64,000 bases of DNA from Antedon mediterranea (Eukaryota > Animalia > Echinodermata). The stretch lies in NCBI RefSeq assembly GCF_964355755.1, contig NC_092677.1:22865175-22929174 (forward strand), given 5' to 3'. Made by a program: the position numbers and the translations under genes. The notes beneath the pieces were generated by a model. It was not told the DNA's origin. It ran no database searches and saw nothing but the letters and a program-made list of their open reading frames with translations. Shown here in pieces: positions 25,601-39,349 of the stretch; the first letter of the stretch is position 1; every line of letters begins with the position of its first letter.

Positions 25601-26731
25601 CAGTTTGTAACAACAATATGGACTCAAGCCACCGATGCATATTCTGACCATCTGACCATGGTTTGTCACCATCAGATTTTGGATGGTGTTTGAAAGACAA
25701 CCTACTTGAGCCAGTGTGGTTTGAAGGGCCATCAATTCCCAAAACAGTGTTTTCAAATGATGACACAGATGATGAGGTGGAAAATGACAGTGAAACGGAA
25801 GAGACAGAGATCGAAGAATCAAGTGATTCTGATGGCGATGCATGGAGTGAAGACTCTGATTCAGAAGAGGAATATATGGATTAATTTAAAATAACTTGTG
25901 CAGAAAAGTCATAGCTTAATAAATAAGACTGTTTTTTTGTTGTAACTAGTGAAAACTACTGTAGATAGAATAAGGTACTATATAAAGTATCATATGATAA
26001 CATTTGATCTGGGACTATGCTAAAATGTTGGGTGTTGGGATATTCATATTCATGCTGTTTTTTAGTGTACTTAATTGCTCCATATATTTTGTTTTATAAG
26101 GTTAGGTTTTGAGTTGATCTAGTTCATGTTTTTTTGTGGGGGTTGGGGGGTGTTTAATGGTGGGTGTCTGGAATTTTTGGGGGTGGGGTGTTTGAGGGGG
26201 GGGGGGGGCCTGGTGGACACAACCCACCACTTTAAATGTCTGGCAATGGTCATTTATTATACTAGGGATCATGCTGAACATTTTACAGCATGTTTTAAAA
26301 GGTTAGCTTTTTACCTGATCTAGCTCATTTTTGGAAGTGGGGGTGTTTGACGGGGTCTGGCAGGCACAATCCACCACTGAAAATGTCTGGCAATGGTCAT
26401 TAATAATAGTTATGAGTACATTGAACATTTTCCCACCAGTTTTAGAGGGTTACTTTTAAGCTGATATAGCTCATTTTTGGCCCCCAGAAATGGGGGTCTG
26501 GCAGGCACCCCCACCACTAAAATCGTCTGGCAATGGCCATTTCTCATATTTCACTCTATGTCAAACAATTTGCAAAATATTTCATGGGGTTAACTTTTCA
26601 GCTGATCTAGCTCATTTTTTTTACCCTTTACAATATCCCTCCTATACATTGATATGTACGTAGATAATTGCCACATGCATAGAAATTGGTTAAATTTCCA
26701 GCTAGGTTGACCCCTCTGGGCTCCTGCTCTA
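19629..26731 (+). mobile_element. Academ (AcademX-type) DNA transposon with both ends, decayed
   Basis: TAG...CTA termini, 3-bp TSD TAT, long repeat-built TIRs (19629-~20536 / ~26174-26731), and internal transposase plus XPG-like nuclease ORFs. Confidence 0.85.
20945..25884 (+). pseudogene. Intron-containing Academ transposase/XPG-like nuclease gene, frameshifted and internally deleted
   Basis: Motifs VVTYDLAVALKA...LGNFH, GKFYNR, VYDGG, HEEADT, SDTDV, GCD, LLPP and FGW across ORFs 22040-25884. GT-AG introns near 21780-21958 and 25419-25513. Confidence 0.8.
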
Positions 26732-26959
26732 TATCTTCATAATTCATTATCACATATTAATGAAATTCACTATACGTAAACTTCAGGTAAAGGGTAAAAA
26801 TTTTAGCCAATAAAAAGGGTCATACCCATAAAATTGCTCGTTAAAAATTTAAAAAGCTACAAAACGTCACAAATTGTAGGGAAGGTGTCTTTAATTATTG
26901 TGAATGGTATATTTAAAAAATTTCAAATAGTTAATTATTGTGAATGGTACATTTAAAGA

Positions 26960-27330
26960 GGTAAATTTAGTTTCTATTTCTTGAATAAGTGATTTTAAAT
27001 GATTTCCTAGAATTTTCGATAGTGGAGTGGTTTTCCAGCTATGTGCTGTAATAATAGGTCTTCCTTTTAATTGACTTAATGAAATAGGTGATAGGGGAGT
27101 GGTTAGTTTGTGGAGTTTTGGAAGGATGTTTAATGTGGTAAATGTCTTTACCGTGTTAAGTTATGAAGTTTCTAGAAATAATATTGTGAACATTGTTTAT
27201 TCTGTCTATAACTCTATCAATGAATTTCTTCATTTTAGATCCATGTGTATCGGATCCTTGTGTAGCAGGAGTATGTTATTATACTGGCGATTCATTTATA
27301 TGCAAAGGTAAAATCTATTAGTAAATTATA
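26960..27330 (-). mobile_element. Decayed Penelope-like RT fragment
   Basis: The minus strand reads ...ILPKLHK...LKGRP(fs)IIT, matching the Penelope RT N-terminal motif LPKxHK...RPI. Confidence 0.55.
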
Positions 27331-27345
27331 CAGAGATTTTCCATC

Positions 27346-27666
27346 TTGATTGACACCAAAGTGTTTAAGGTGATGTCATAAATAATGTTGCCAAACTTCT
27401 GACAGCATAGTAAAATTAAAATAAACTTGAGTTTGATAAAAAAATTTTTGCAAACATTCTTTGTTACGCCAAACAACATCATCAGTGCAATGAAATACGG
27501 TCTTTAGTTCTTGTTTAGTTTAGTATATCTAACAAGAACGTCTAAGACTGTAAACATGTTTGCAAAAATGTTTTTTATCAAACTCAAGTTTATTTCAATT
27601 TTATTGATGTCAGAAGTTCGGCAACATTATTCATGACATCACCTTTAACGCTTCGGTATCAACCAA
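27346..27666. mobile_element. MITE with ~110-bp imperfect inverted arms
   Basis: AAGGTGATGTCATAAATAATGTTGCC...AAACTTGAGTTTGATAAAAAA is mirrored at ~27552-27666. Confidence 0.8.
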
Positions 27667-28144
27667 GGACTTACGAAAGTTGGAAAAGCTCTCGAAAAAA
27701 TCTGTAAAAGCACCAGCTGATATATCTACTTAAATTATTAATTGTATTATTAATTAATCAATTGTAACTTTACTGTCATTACACTCTATTTCCTTTCTTA
27801 TACTGCAGGGCCGCAGCCAGAATCAGTCAAAGGGAAGTGATGGGGTAGCACTAACATTTCATTTTGTTTAGCCATTTGGCAAAAATGAAAATATTCTTTT
27901 AGTCAAATCAGTTTATCTGTAGCCAAAATGTCCAATCCAGTTTGTTGATTTAGCCAAATGAATCGGTCTTTAGCCAAAATGAATTACTGCACTTTCACAC
28001 CTAACACTGAGCATAAGACTTAACGGTCACTTACCATCACCGCTGTGCAGCGGGTGAATGTTATTAAATTGGGTAAGCTTGAGAGAAAAGGTGCGAAAGT
28101 GCAGTAGCACCGGCCTACAAAATTACGTATTAGTTACCATATAT

Positions 28145-29520
28145 TAAGGTTCACCTGCAAAAAAATTGCAAAGAAGCTGATTTCAACGGATTTGTGTAGG
28201 TATGGGTATACAGATATACCAAAAAAAAGTATGGAAGGATAGGGGGTGGGGAAAATTTTTTTTGTGGGTGTTAAAGGTCATTGACCTCATTTTACAATGC
28301 TAAAAATTGTATCTTCGCAACAAAATATGGTATATGTTTGAGCTTGGTGTCAAAATGCACACAATTATGCCAGGAATTAAACAATAATAATTAATAAATT
28401 GGACCTTTATGACCATATCTTGACCTTCAAAAATCAGGTCAAAGGTCAATATACCCATTTTTTTTGGTTTAACACATACTTATAATGCACTATCAAATAA
28501 AATAATAATAATCAAATAATTTGTAATGATACACATGTTACTTATTGATAAGCGGCTTCCTCTTCATCACTAGGTTCGTTTGCACTTGAACCATTCGAGC
28601 AGTGCCCACAGCACACCCCATATGCAGAAACACATGACAGTCCGGCCTTAATACAGATGCATTTCAGTCTTTGACACTGCCTATCGCCTTCTTTGCAGTT
28701 GCAGCATATTCCTTTTAGAAGAGCATCTGGTGCGATACTCCATGTAATCATTTTCCACCTTAGATTTCCGTTACTATCCAGATCCCATCCTCTTCCAACA
28801 GGCTCAAGACTGGATGTGTTCAGATGTTTCCAGAATACAACTTGTAGATGAACCCGAAAAGAGTGCTGTGTAGCTGCATTTTCTGGTGGTAGACGGTCTG
28901 GGTCAATTTTACCCTTTGCTGCTTGTTTTTTAAACTTTTCACAACGAGCCTTTTCAAGAAGTGTATTTTCGCTTCCATAAACCTGCATTGCCTTTAACCC
29001 TGCTGTTTGGATAGCGTTATCAGTCGACCGCATATTCGTAAATGTAGTGTAGACAGTATTGGGGAACTTGCATTTATAGATTGGTGTGGCCATAAATGCA
29101 AGAAACCGTATCGTTTACTGACCAACCATACTTCAACAGAAACTCTTCCTTGTCACCTATAACTATTTTAGATATATCATAGAGGCCATCAGCATCTCCG
29201 TCATCTTCTGCTTGATGCACACAGATATTGTGATGCATAAGCTCAGTAGTTATCATTTTGATTAGTGAAGATTTGTTCTTTTAATTTGCTAGAAAGACCT
29301 CCTTGTCGCAAGAAATGATCAATTCTGGTGTTAATCGTAGTGTCTGCGAAACCTTTTGCCCTGCAATCCGACGTTTATGTTTGTGGTCTTTTGTTGAAGG
29401 TTTATACCCATAGCCATCGAAGACTACTGTGACATGTTTACACCCCAGGAAGAGTTCTGTATGGTTGGTCAGGAAACGACACAGTTTCTTGCATTTATGG
29501 CCACACCAAATGTGCAATCT
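28145..29520 (-). mobile_element. 3' fragment of a second Academ-like element (XPG-like domain plus Cys8 finger)
   Basis: ORFs 28542-29517 carry VVFDGY, QAEDDGDAD, LPP...QHSFRVHLQV..W, GW and CCNCK...C..KCIC...GLSC...C motifs. Left boundary approximate. Confidence 0.7.
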
Positions 29521-29671
29521 ATAAATGCAAGTTTCCCCATACTGTCTACACTACATTTACGTATATGCGGTATTGTTAATGCTTGATATCTCAGATTATC
29601 ATGAAACCATATTCAGAAACAAGTTCTTGTTAATCACTTTATTTTTATTACTGTGTTTTTATCATTTACAG

Positions 29672-29779
29672 ACAATGCTTGTACACGTAACCCATGTCAG
29701 AACGGTGGATTATGTAGTTTAAGTGGGGCTAATTCTACATGCTTGTGTCAAACTGGTTACACTGGAACTACATGTGAAT
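29672..29779 (+). CDS. EGF exon ([35 protein letters not shown])
   Basis: TTTACAG acceptor, GTAAGT donor, 108 nt, phase 1-1, six cysteines. Confidence 0.9.
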
Positions 29780-30427
29780 GTAAGTCATACCGTATATTTT
29801 GGTGTACAAGTCGCACCTGTGTATAAGATGCACCCATAACGGAGACTGAGATAATAGTATTTTTTATGTAGTCGATGTATAAGATGCACCTATTTCTAGG
29901 CCAAAATTTAAACGTTTTACAATTAAAACAATGGTATTTTAATAATAAAACAATGATATTTTAATAATAAAAAAATGATATTTAGGATATTTTTTAGAAT
30001 CAAGATGATATAATTTTGTTTGTCCTTTATTACATCGTAATCAGTCTCTACTTCTAGTGAACGTTCCATGAAAAGGGAAATCCCCAAATTTCTTCAGTTA
30101 AGATGCACTGTGTGCGGTAGGGCTAGCCTATGTCTATTTAAGTGACTTTAATTTCATATTATTTAAATATATACATTGTTATTGTGTGTATGACCATTAT
30201 ATAAAATCCAAATAATGTTCAGTTTTTAGGGCTGATAATAAACCAGGAAAATCATGTATGGTATATGAAAATCTTGCCTATTTCCATATATATGCATGCA
30301 TACAGCAGCAGAGGCTAGTCTGTATGAGGAGAGAGAGACACAAACCATGTGCTCCTTGCCTGGTGGCCAGCACTGTTGGCCATATACATTAGAGATTAGG
30401 GGAATTGTAATGTTGTGTAATACGAAT

Positions 30428-33400
30428 TGTTACGGGCTCGCTCGTTAGGCTGAAACCAACAATAAGAACATAACAAAACACGTTGTAGTTGTCGTCCATC
30501 TTTATTCCTCCTCTCTTTTACTCTAGATGGCTCACTTCCGTGTAACAAACCCATCACACACCCCCACTTAAAGAAAGTTTGATATGATTAAACTTATAAC
30601 TGTTTACTATAATATCTTAAATCTTTTCTTATACAGTAGTTATTTTAACAGGTCGTTGATATGAATTTACTTCAACTGCTTCTTTAAAATTTCACAAGTT
30701 CTAATTACTTTAAATCTGTGTATGCCATTAATGCATCACTCTATCACAACTAACATATTATAATTAAATAAACACTTTCAAAATCAACAAAACTTTTAAA
30801 ATCATTTCATGCATGTTTTATCTAAACTCTTGACAAAGCGTCAGCTACAACATTGTCTTTTCCTCTGATATGATGAATTTCCAGATTCATTTCTTGAACT
30901 GCTAAACTCCATCTCAACAAGCGTTGATTCTTGTCCTTCATTCTTGCCAAGAACGTTAATGGGTTGTGGTCAGTCCAAACTACAATTAGAAACGGAGTAG
31001 ATCCAAGATACACTTCAAAGTGCTTTAACGCTGACATCAAAGCTAATGTCTCCTTCTCAACAGTAGAATAACGCTTCTCATGCTGGTTGAATTTTCTCGA
31101 GTAGAAACACACAGGCTTGTCAACACAATTCTCGTCTGTTTGCGCCAACACAGCACCAGAACCAACATCACTGGCATCAATCATTAACGAGAACTGTTTA
31201 TCAAATTGTGGAGCCATCAACACCGGTTCGTTTGATAACATTGCTTTAACTTTAAAGAACGCATCACTGCATTCCTCCAACCACACAAAGCTCGCATTCT
31301 TTTTCAGCAGATTCGTTAATGGAGCTACAAGCGTTGAGAAACTTCTGCAAAAACGTCGATAAAACCCAGCCATTCCCAGGAACCGCATTAACTCCTGCTT
31401 ACTCTTTGGAACTGGGAAATCACAGACTGCCTTAATCTTAGCACTTAATGGTTTCACTTTTCCGCAACCAACTTTATGACCTAAGAACACAATTTCTGCA
31501 CAGGAAAACTCACTTTTCACCAAATTTACTGTCAACTTTGCAGCTGTCAACCTGTCAAACAATGCCTTAATTCTCTGCACATGGACATCCCATGTATCAC
31601 TATAAACAACCAAATCGTCTATATAAGCTTCACAGCCCTCCAACCCTGAAATTATACCATTAACCAATCTCTGGAACCTGGCTGGTGCATTCTTTAAACC
31701 GAAAGGCATGACCTTATACTGATAAAGACCCATAGGAGTTACAAAAGCTGACACTTCTTTCGCACGCTCGGTTAAAGGAATTTGCCAGTAACCCTTTAGA
31801 AGATCAAATTTACTGACAAACTTAGCACTACCCACACGATCAATACAGTCATCTATCCTCGGTATGGGATATGAATCTGTAGTAGATTTAGCATTAACCT
31901 TCCGATAATCGGTACAAAAACTTATCTGGCTTCGGAACTAATATACATGGAGAACTCCAAGCACTGCAACTAGGCTCAATTATATCATTCTTAATCATGT
32001 AATCAATCTCATTTTGTAATATCTTCATCTTGAACGGATTTGCTCTATATGGATTTTGTTTTATTGGTGAACAATCAGCTGTCTTAACGTCATGCTCCAC
32101 TAAGTTCGTTCGACCTGGAACATCTGAAAACAACTGCAGATTTCCAAATATCAAACTAACAATTTCAACCTTACGATCACGAGATAAATGACCAACTTTC
32201 TCTTCAATGTTTGCAAGGACATCTGAATTACTGAACTTAACACATGTATCAGGATCCCCAAACTCTTCAGAATTCTCTTCAACAACACACGTAACTGGTG
32301 TTGACGTACAGGTATCACTATTATTTCTCGCTGCGTATGGTTTCAACATGTTTATATGACACAGTCGCTTCTTCTTACGCCTATCTGGAGTATCTAACAC
32401 ATAGTCAACTTCTCCTACTCTTTTTAGTACTTTGTAAGGACCAGCAAATCTTGCAGATAATGGTTGACTGGGAAGAGGCAACATAACTAACACTTCATCA
32501 CCTGAACTAAAGCTTCTCTTTTCTGATTTCCTTTCAAACAATCTCTTCATTTTACCCTGAGCCTTCACAAGATTCTTTCTAGCCATCTCACGAGCACGAT
32601 AATCACGAAATTCAGACACATAATCTAGTATCGATACAGACTCTTCTGCATTCCCTAACAGCCTTTCTTTGACTATTTTAAGAGGGCCTCGGACCGAATG
32701 ACCATACACCAGCTCAAATGGGCTAAACCCTAAGGACTTTTGCACTGTTTCACGAACAGCAAATAAAAATAAGGGAACTCCCTCATCCCATTCCTTTTCA
32801 CATTGAAAACAATAGGTTTTAAGCATATTCTTAAGTGTTTGATGAAATCTCTCAAGTGCCCCTTGAGACTGTGGATGGTAAGCACTTGGCAACACCTAAC
32901 TGCTCTAAGACTTGTTTAAATATCTTTGACATGAAGTTTGATCCTTGATTGGACTGAACAGCTTTAGGCAATCCTACCCATGTAAAGAATTTTACTAATG
33001 CTTTAAAAACATTCTTAGCTGTAATACGCCTAAGAGGAATCGCTTCTGGAAACCTACTTGATGCACACATTATTGTTAATAGATACTCATTTCCATTTTT
33101 AGTACGTGGTAATGGTCCCACACAATCAACAATAACTCTTGAAAATGGTTCACCGAATGCAGGAATAGGCTTAAGTGGGGCTACTGGAACCTTTTGATTA
33201 GGCTTCCCCACTACCTGACACGCATGACAGGATTTACAATAGTTAGACACATCTTTTCTAAGACCTGGCCAAAAGAAATGCCTGAGAATTTTGTCTACCG
33301 TTTTATTGACACCTAAATGACCTGAAGAGGATCATCATGCGCAATACCAATAATATCCTGACGGTATCCACTAGGAATAACTATCTGGTGAATCTCATTC

Positions 33401-35791
33401 CAAACATCACTACTTGGAATATCTGGTGGCCTCCACTTACGCATAAGTATGCCATCCTTTATATAATAACAAACAGGAACAATAGACATTTTCTCTACAG
33501 AAAGAGCTTGCTGACCAAATGACACCAAATCAGGATCATTACTCTGCTCTTCCACTAACCTAGACCGATTGAGAACTGTCGGACCGAAATCACACACTTT
33601 TGGGTGCTGTTGTTCAGCCTGGGCAGTGTGTGACTCGGGACCTGAGCAGACAGCCTCTTAGGAAACGCGATCCGTAATGTCTCGGTAAAAACTATCACAT
33701 AAGTCAATACTCTCATTCTCATCTATGGTTTTATTTGCCATAGATCGCGTCACCGCACATGATGGAAACACATGTGATAATTCTTTCTCTAAACACACCG
33801 TGCTTTCGTCTTCAACAGGACTCTTGCACACAACCGGTTCTACTGTCACTCTGTCTCCGGCCAAATCATTCCCCAAAAGGAGTGTGACACCCCATACTGG
33901 AAGACTCGGAACGACACCAACAACAAAATCTCCGCTAACAATATCTGTTTCAATCCGAATTACATGAAGTTGGACTTCCTTATAACCCCCTTCAACACCT
34001 TGAATGAGCACACTTGCTCCAGCAGAAGACTCGTTTGAAAATGACAATGCCGATTCTATTATCAGGGATTGTGACGCCCCTGTGTCTCTTAAGACACGAA
34101 CTTTACTCAGATTCACATCGTTGATCAATGCTACAGAACCAGTAGAGAGGAAAGGCTTAAATAGCTTTTGCACTTTTTCCGGACCTGAAGATTGGATCAA
34201 CTTGTCACTTTCATCAACGTCATGACTCTCTGTCACTTTCAACGGGACTGTATTTACTAACGTGTTTGGAAGTGATTGGGGTTTCTTATTATCCCCTTTA
34301 GCTTTGTTTTGGAACAGCCAGCAATCTGCCTTTATATGACCCTTTTTCTTGCAGTAAAAACAAATTCTGACAAATTTACTACTACTATTAACTGTAGTTT
34401 TCTGACTTTGGACCTTCATCAACAAATTTTGAAACCGATTTGGTATCCACCACCTTGTGCGTGAGCACATAATTATCGGCAACAGAAGCCGCTTTCATTA
34501 AATTATCCACTTTCTGCTCCTCTAGATGTGTACGAACTTCAGTAGGGGAACAAGATTTAAGCTCCTCAACTAACATAAGCTCACGAAGCTTTCCAAATTC
34601 ACCCTTTACTCCTTCCGAACTACACCATCTATCAAAAAGAATCTGCTTCTTACGTGCAAATTCTGTAAACGTTTGATCATAAGGTTTACCTAAGTTCCTA
34701 AATTTCTGACGATACGCCTCTGGAACTAACTCATAAGCTGACAAAACAGCAGTTTTAACCACATCATAGCTTTCACATTGATCATCAGCCAATGCAGAAA
34801 ATACCTCTTGGGCTTTACCCACAAGAGCAGTTTGTAACAACACAGTCCAGTGTCTAGCAGGCCACTTTAATCTATTAGCAATTTTCTCAAAAGCCAAAAA
34901 ATATGTCTCTAGCTCTGAATCATTAGGTGTAGAAACCCATGTGGTGTGACCCATTTGGTTAGCTAATTCTAATTTCCTTAACTCAAATTCATGTTTTTCT
35001 TTTTCCATTTCTCTTTGAGTTTGCATCTCTAGAATCTCTATTTTTCTTCTTTCAAAAATTATTTGTTCACGTTCCAACTCGATTCTAGCCAACTCGACCT
35101 CATTCCCCGCAGTTTTTACGGATTCATGAGTAATTAAACCAACATGACTTCCAATCACATTTATCAAGTCATATTTATTCATGGAATCATTTATAGATTC
35201 TCCAACCCTAGTACCTAGGAGTCGCAAACGTTCTTCTGATAGCTGAGCTACCACCTCAATGGACATGCTATCCAAAATTTCCTCGTCAAAATCACTTTCT
35301 GACATAGTTTCTATTTGAAACAAACAAACAAAAACACAGGTTAAAATAATAACCAATATGACGATAATTAAGGCACCAGTAATAAATTACCTGCCAAGCC
35401 CACACAATATTAAACCTACCGTGAGCCGTGGTCTCAATAACTAGACCCCTAAAATCAAAGCCAAACAGACTTCTGGTATCACAGGCAAGCCTACACAAGC
35501 CTAAAACAACAACACAGTGTACTGGCTCGACGACCGCCAAACCTTGTTCGTTATAAAACGCCTCTAAACCTAAAACCAGCTTAGAATAAGTAACTAAAAT
35601 TACCATCAGTTCGATCTACAACTACAATTCCGTACTTTGTTCTCGGATGACCCCCCAATTTGTTACGGGCTCGCTCGTTAGGCTGAAACCAACAATAAGA
35701 ACATAACAAAACACGTTGTAGTTGTCGTCCATCTTTATTCCTCCTCTCTTTTACTCTAGATGGCTCACTTCCGTGTAACAAACCCATCACA
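30428..35791 (-). mobile_element. Gmr1-like Gypsy LTR retrotransposon, full-length
   Basis: Identical 131-bp TG...CA LTRs (30428-30558, 35661-35791), TSD GAAT, tRNA-Pro-like PBS TGGGGGGTCATCCG, PPT AAGTGGGGGTG. Domain order gag-PR-IN-RT-RH. Confidence 0.95.
30822..35305 (-). pseudogene. Gmr1-like gag-pol: SCAN-like capsid, CCHC knuckle, protease (DTGA), integrase (GPY), RT (YIDD), RNase H; several frameshifts
   Basis: ORFs 34388..35356, 33658..34482, 33313..33597, 32852..33250, 31894..32895 and 30822..31835. Confidence 0.92.
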
Positions 35792-38700
35792 GAATGAAAT
35801 ATAAGACACGATTTTGCGAGAGTTACTACTACTTTGCTTTATTACTAACAACTGACTATGGTGTGCCAAACGCGACACAACTGACTATAGTGTGCCAAAC
35901 ACGACACTACATCCCTCCATCTTTTAAATAAAAACTATACAGTAAACTTTAAACACAATAACTTTAAACAATTTGGTTGCCAAGCATTGACAATCTGCGG
36001 TGTTATAGAAATGTTATTATGAGTTAACTAATAGTTATGATTCCAGGTTATCAGGTTTTGTAATTATCGATGCTGATCATTATTAATACTATCAGAGTTA
36101 CAATTAACTTATGGAACATAGTCTCTGAGATAAACTGGTGGTTGTCGAATTCTTTGAGGATTGCGCCTTGCATTATTTGTTGTTATGGGATGTTTTCCGG
36201 GAGAATCGTCATCGGTAAGATACTCGTCTTCGCTGTCTGTATTTGCGACGTGCTGTCATTGTTCTGTTTTTTAGTTACCCTGTATGGTTTAGTTTTATAT
36301 GGTGTTTTTGTCGATGTTTATGCTGCTTTCTTTTACAAGGACCATGTCGCCAACTTCAATGTGTTTCTTTCGAGGTTTCTTTCGTCTCTCTGCGTAGTCC
36401 TTCATTTTTTATTTTGGTGCGTTATTTTTATCTCTGACTGAATTCTGATTAATGCTTGATTGTTTGATTATTTCTGGGAGTCTTACTTTGAAGGTATGTC
36501 TAAAAATCAGGGATGCTGGAGGTTTGCCTGTGGTATTGTGTGGGGTGGCTCTGTAATTTTTGAGGTATTGATTGAGTGATTGTTTATAGTTAACACCTTC
36601 GGCCACTGCGTTTTTGTAGACCTTTTTCAGATTACGCATTACTCTTTCCACCTCTCCGTTTGCTTGCGGCCATAGTGAAGTTATTTTGCGGTGATGAGTG
36701 CTAAGGTACTTCGTGAATTGAGAAAACTTGTGACTGTTGAATGGTGGTCCATTGTCGGTGCGAATTATACTGGGTATTCCAAAATTAGCAAATACTGTGT
36801 CTATCTTAGCTATAGTCATCGAGAATCACTAGAAGATGCTCGCCAGTAGGGAGGTCTTTAAAGTCAATACTAATTTCCTCCCATGGTCCGTTATTTTTTT
36901 CAGTCACCATCGCTTGACATGGTATGCAGTGTTTTACTTTTGATTCGACCATGCTGTCTATTCCGGGAAACCATATTTTTTGTCGGAGGAGTTGCTTGGT
37001 CTTTACTATGCCCTGATGTCCTTCGTGGGCGATGTCTATTACTGTGTTTCTAAGTGCCTTGGGTATGACTATGCGGTGATCACGTAGGAGTATGTTGTTT
37101 TTTTGATCGATTGTTAGCTGATTGCGAACTTTGTGCATGCACTTGAGGTCGGAATGGAGGTCATCTTGATTTTTTAGAGCCTCGTGCCATTTGTTCAATC
37201 TGTTCGGATGCCGCCATTTCTGCTCATATTTTGGATATTGCTGTGTCTAATGTTAGATTTTCTGTACGCAGTAGGCTTGGATTATTGATTCCTATTACGA
37301 TCCTATCAAGAATGAGGCTATCTTTCAAGGTACCAAACTTGCATGTCTCTGCTAGACTTTTCAGCGAGGTAACAAAGGAATCAAATTTCTCACCTTCTTT
37401 TTGAATCCTGCAGTTGAAAATATATCGTTCATACGTGATATTGCGCTTCCCGTCACAGAATTTCTTGGACTGTGCTAAGACCCGGCCGATCTTTGTTTTG
37501 TCAGTTTCGGTGTCCCACGTAAACGTGTTGTATGTTTCCAGGACTCGCTGTCCGATTATCGACAGGAGTGTGGCAACTCGTGTTGCCTTGGGCTTCACGT
37601 TGACGCCTGTCGCTGTTTCGAAATTACCAAATCTTTGCGCAAATCGACGCCAACTTTCAGCCGTGTTGCCTGAATCCATGTCTAGAGGCATTGGTGCGGG
37701 TATCGTGAACGTCGCCATTCTCGTCGCCAATGTAATGTTGTGTAATACGAATGAAATATAAGACACGATTTTGCGAGAGTTACTACTTCTTTGCTTTATT
37801 ACTAAAAACTGACTATGGTGTGCCAAACGCGACACAACTGACTATAGTGTGCCAAACACGACACTACAGGAAGTTTCTTAACACAATAACAACAAGCTCT
37901 TTTAGATGTCGCTTGACATACGAACTATTGCCTACATGATTATAAAAATATGTGATTGTTGACATAGAGATGTAATAAAATAAACCACCGTGATCAAGGG
38001 ACATAGTTTTTTTTCTTCTCTTTTGTGGCGTGAACCACCACCTTTATTCTTTCATATCATAATTAAATACATTACAAATAAATCAGTAATATCTGTCTTC
38101 ATATGTTCTTTCTTTAATTATATTATATATATTAAAAAAATATCAGTAATTTTTGTAAATTTTAGTTTTTCACATATTGTTTCCAATATTATCCTCCTGT
38201 TTTCATGGTTTCTTATATTTATTCACATTGTACACAGACACCCACAAATACATTAAATATATACATATACATACCGTATTGTTTCATACCCTGTTAATTC
38301 ATACCATTTATATACATCTTATAGACATTATATACAAAGATATAAAACAACGTTTAAAAAAAAAAAATACATCAATCAAGATATATATAATTTTCATAAA
38401 AATTTATTAGGTACCGGTAACTCTTTTAACATTATATGAGCGTTAGTTTGTTCAGATCCTTAAAAATAGACTTAAATACAATCCAAGAGTTTTTACACAC
38501 TGGTTTGTTTAATTCAGTTAAAATCTTAATGTTATAATTATATTGAGAAGACAGCAATTGAATATAAGTCATTTTTGTATTCACAATCAGACCCTAAAAG
38601 AAGTTCTCTAAAAGAGCTTCTGCCATTGTCAATATTTTTAAAAATGTTATCTATATTTTTCCATAAAGTTTTATTTCGTATGCATTCAAAAAACATGTGT

Positions 38701-39349
38701 TTTTCGTCTTCAATTACCCCACATAAGTCACATACATTATTCATTTTCACATTCCACTTATGAAGCCTTTGATTAGTCGGAACAATTTTGTTCAACAGCT
38801 TGTAATTTAGTTGTGCATATTTTTTTTTTTTTCATTTTTCACTTTTTTTATCCAAACGTCACTCCAATTTATTTTCTGAGTGTTAAAGGCCATATTCCAT
38901 TTGCCCATTACATGCGGATAAATAAATTTTTCTTTAATAAAGCACAAATATATAAGTTTTGTTTCCAGCATATAGGCATCATTAGTTATGATGCACTCAT
39001 CTTTTATATTTGTAGGCACGTTCTTGTTGTAATTTTTTATTATATTAATCCAATCTTTTGGAATAGCATCAACTAAGGAAGCATATTCCATGAGCCAGTT
39101 TATTTTATTACGTAGTGTTTCAAGGATTTCATTAGATGTTTTCAAACGGTTAAAATTAATTATATCAAATATTTTTTTAAATCCTGAATCAAACCAATTT
39201 TTATAAAACAAAGACCTTTTTTTGTACACAATATATTTGTTTCCCCACAAACTTTGATTAACAACTTCTTCATAAGTATTGATTTCATGGCAGCAGTTTT
39301 CGTTAAATTCAGTACAACATTGTATCACTTTTAAATAAAAAGGAGGAAT

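Larger units (their letters stand above)
30406..37868 (-). mobile_element. Mag-clade Gypsy LTR element, internally deleted (gag N-terminus plus integrase only), 3' LTR split by the Gmr1-like element
   Basis: 138-bp LTRs at 37731-37868 and 30406-30427+35796-35911 (2 mismatches), PBS TGGCGACGAG, PPT AAAAGATGGAGGGA, TSD GGAAT/GGAAG. Integrase motifs AHEGHQG, TDNGPPF, NGEVER. Confidence 0.9.
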
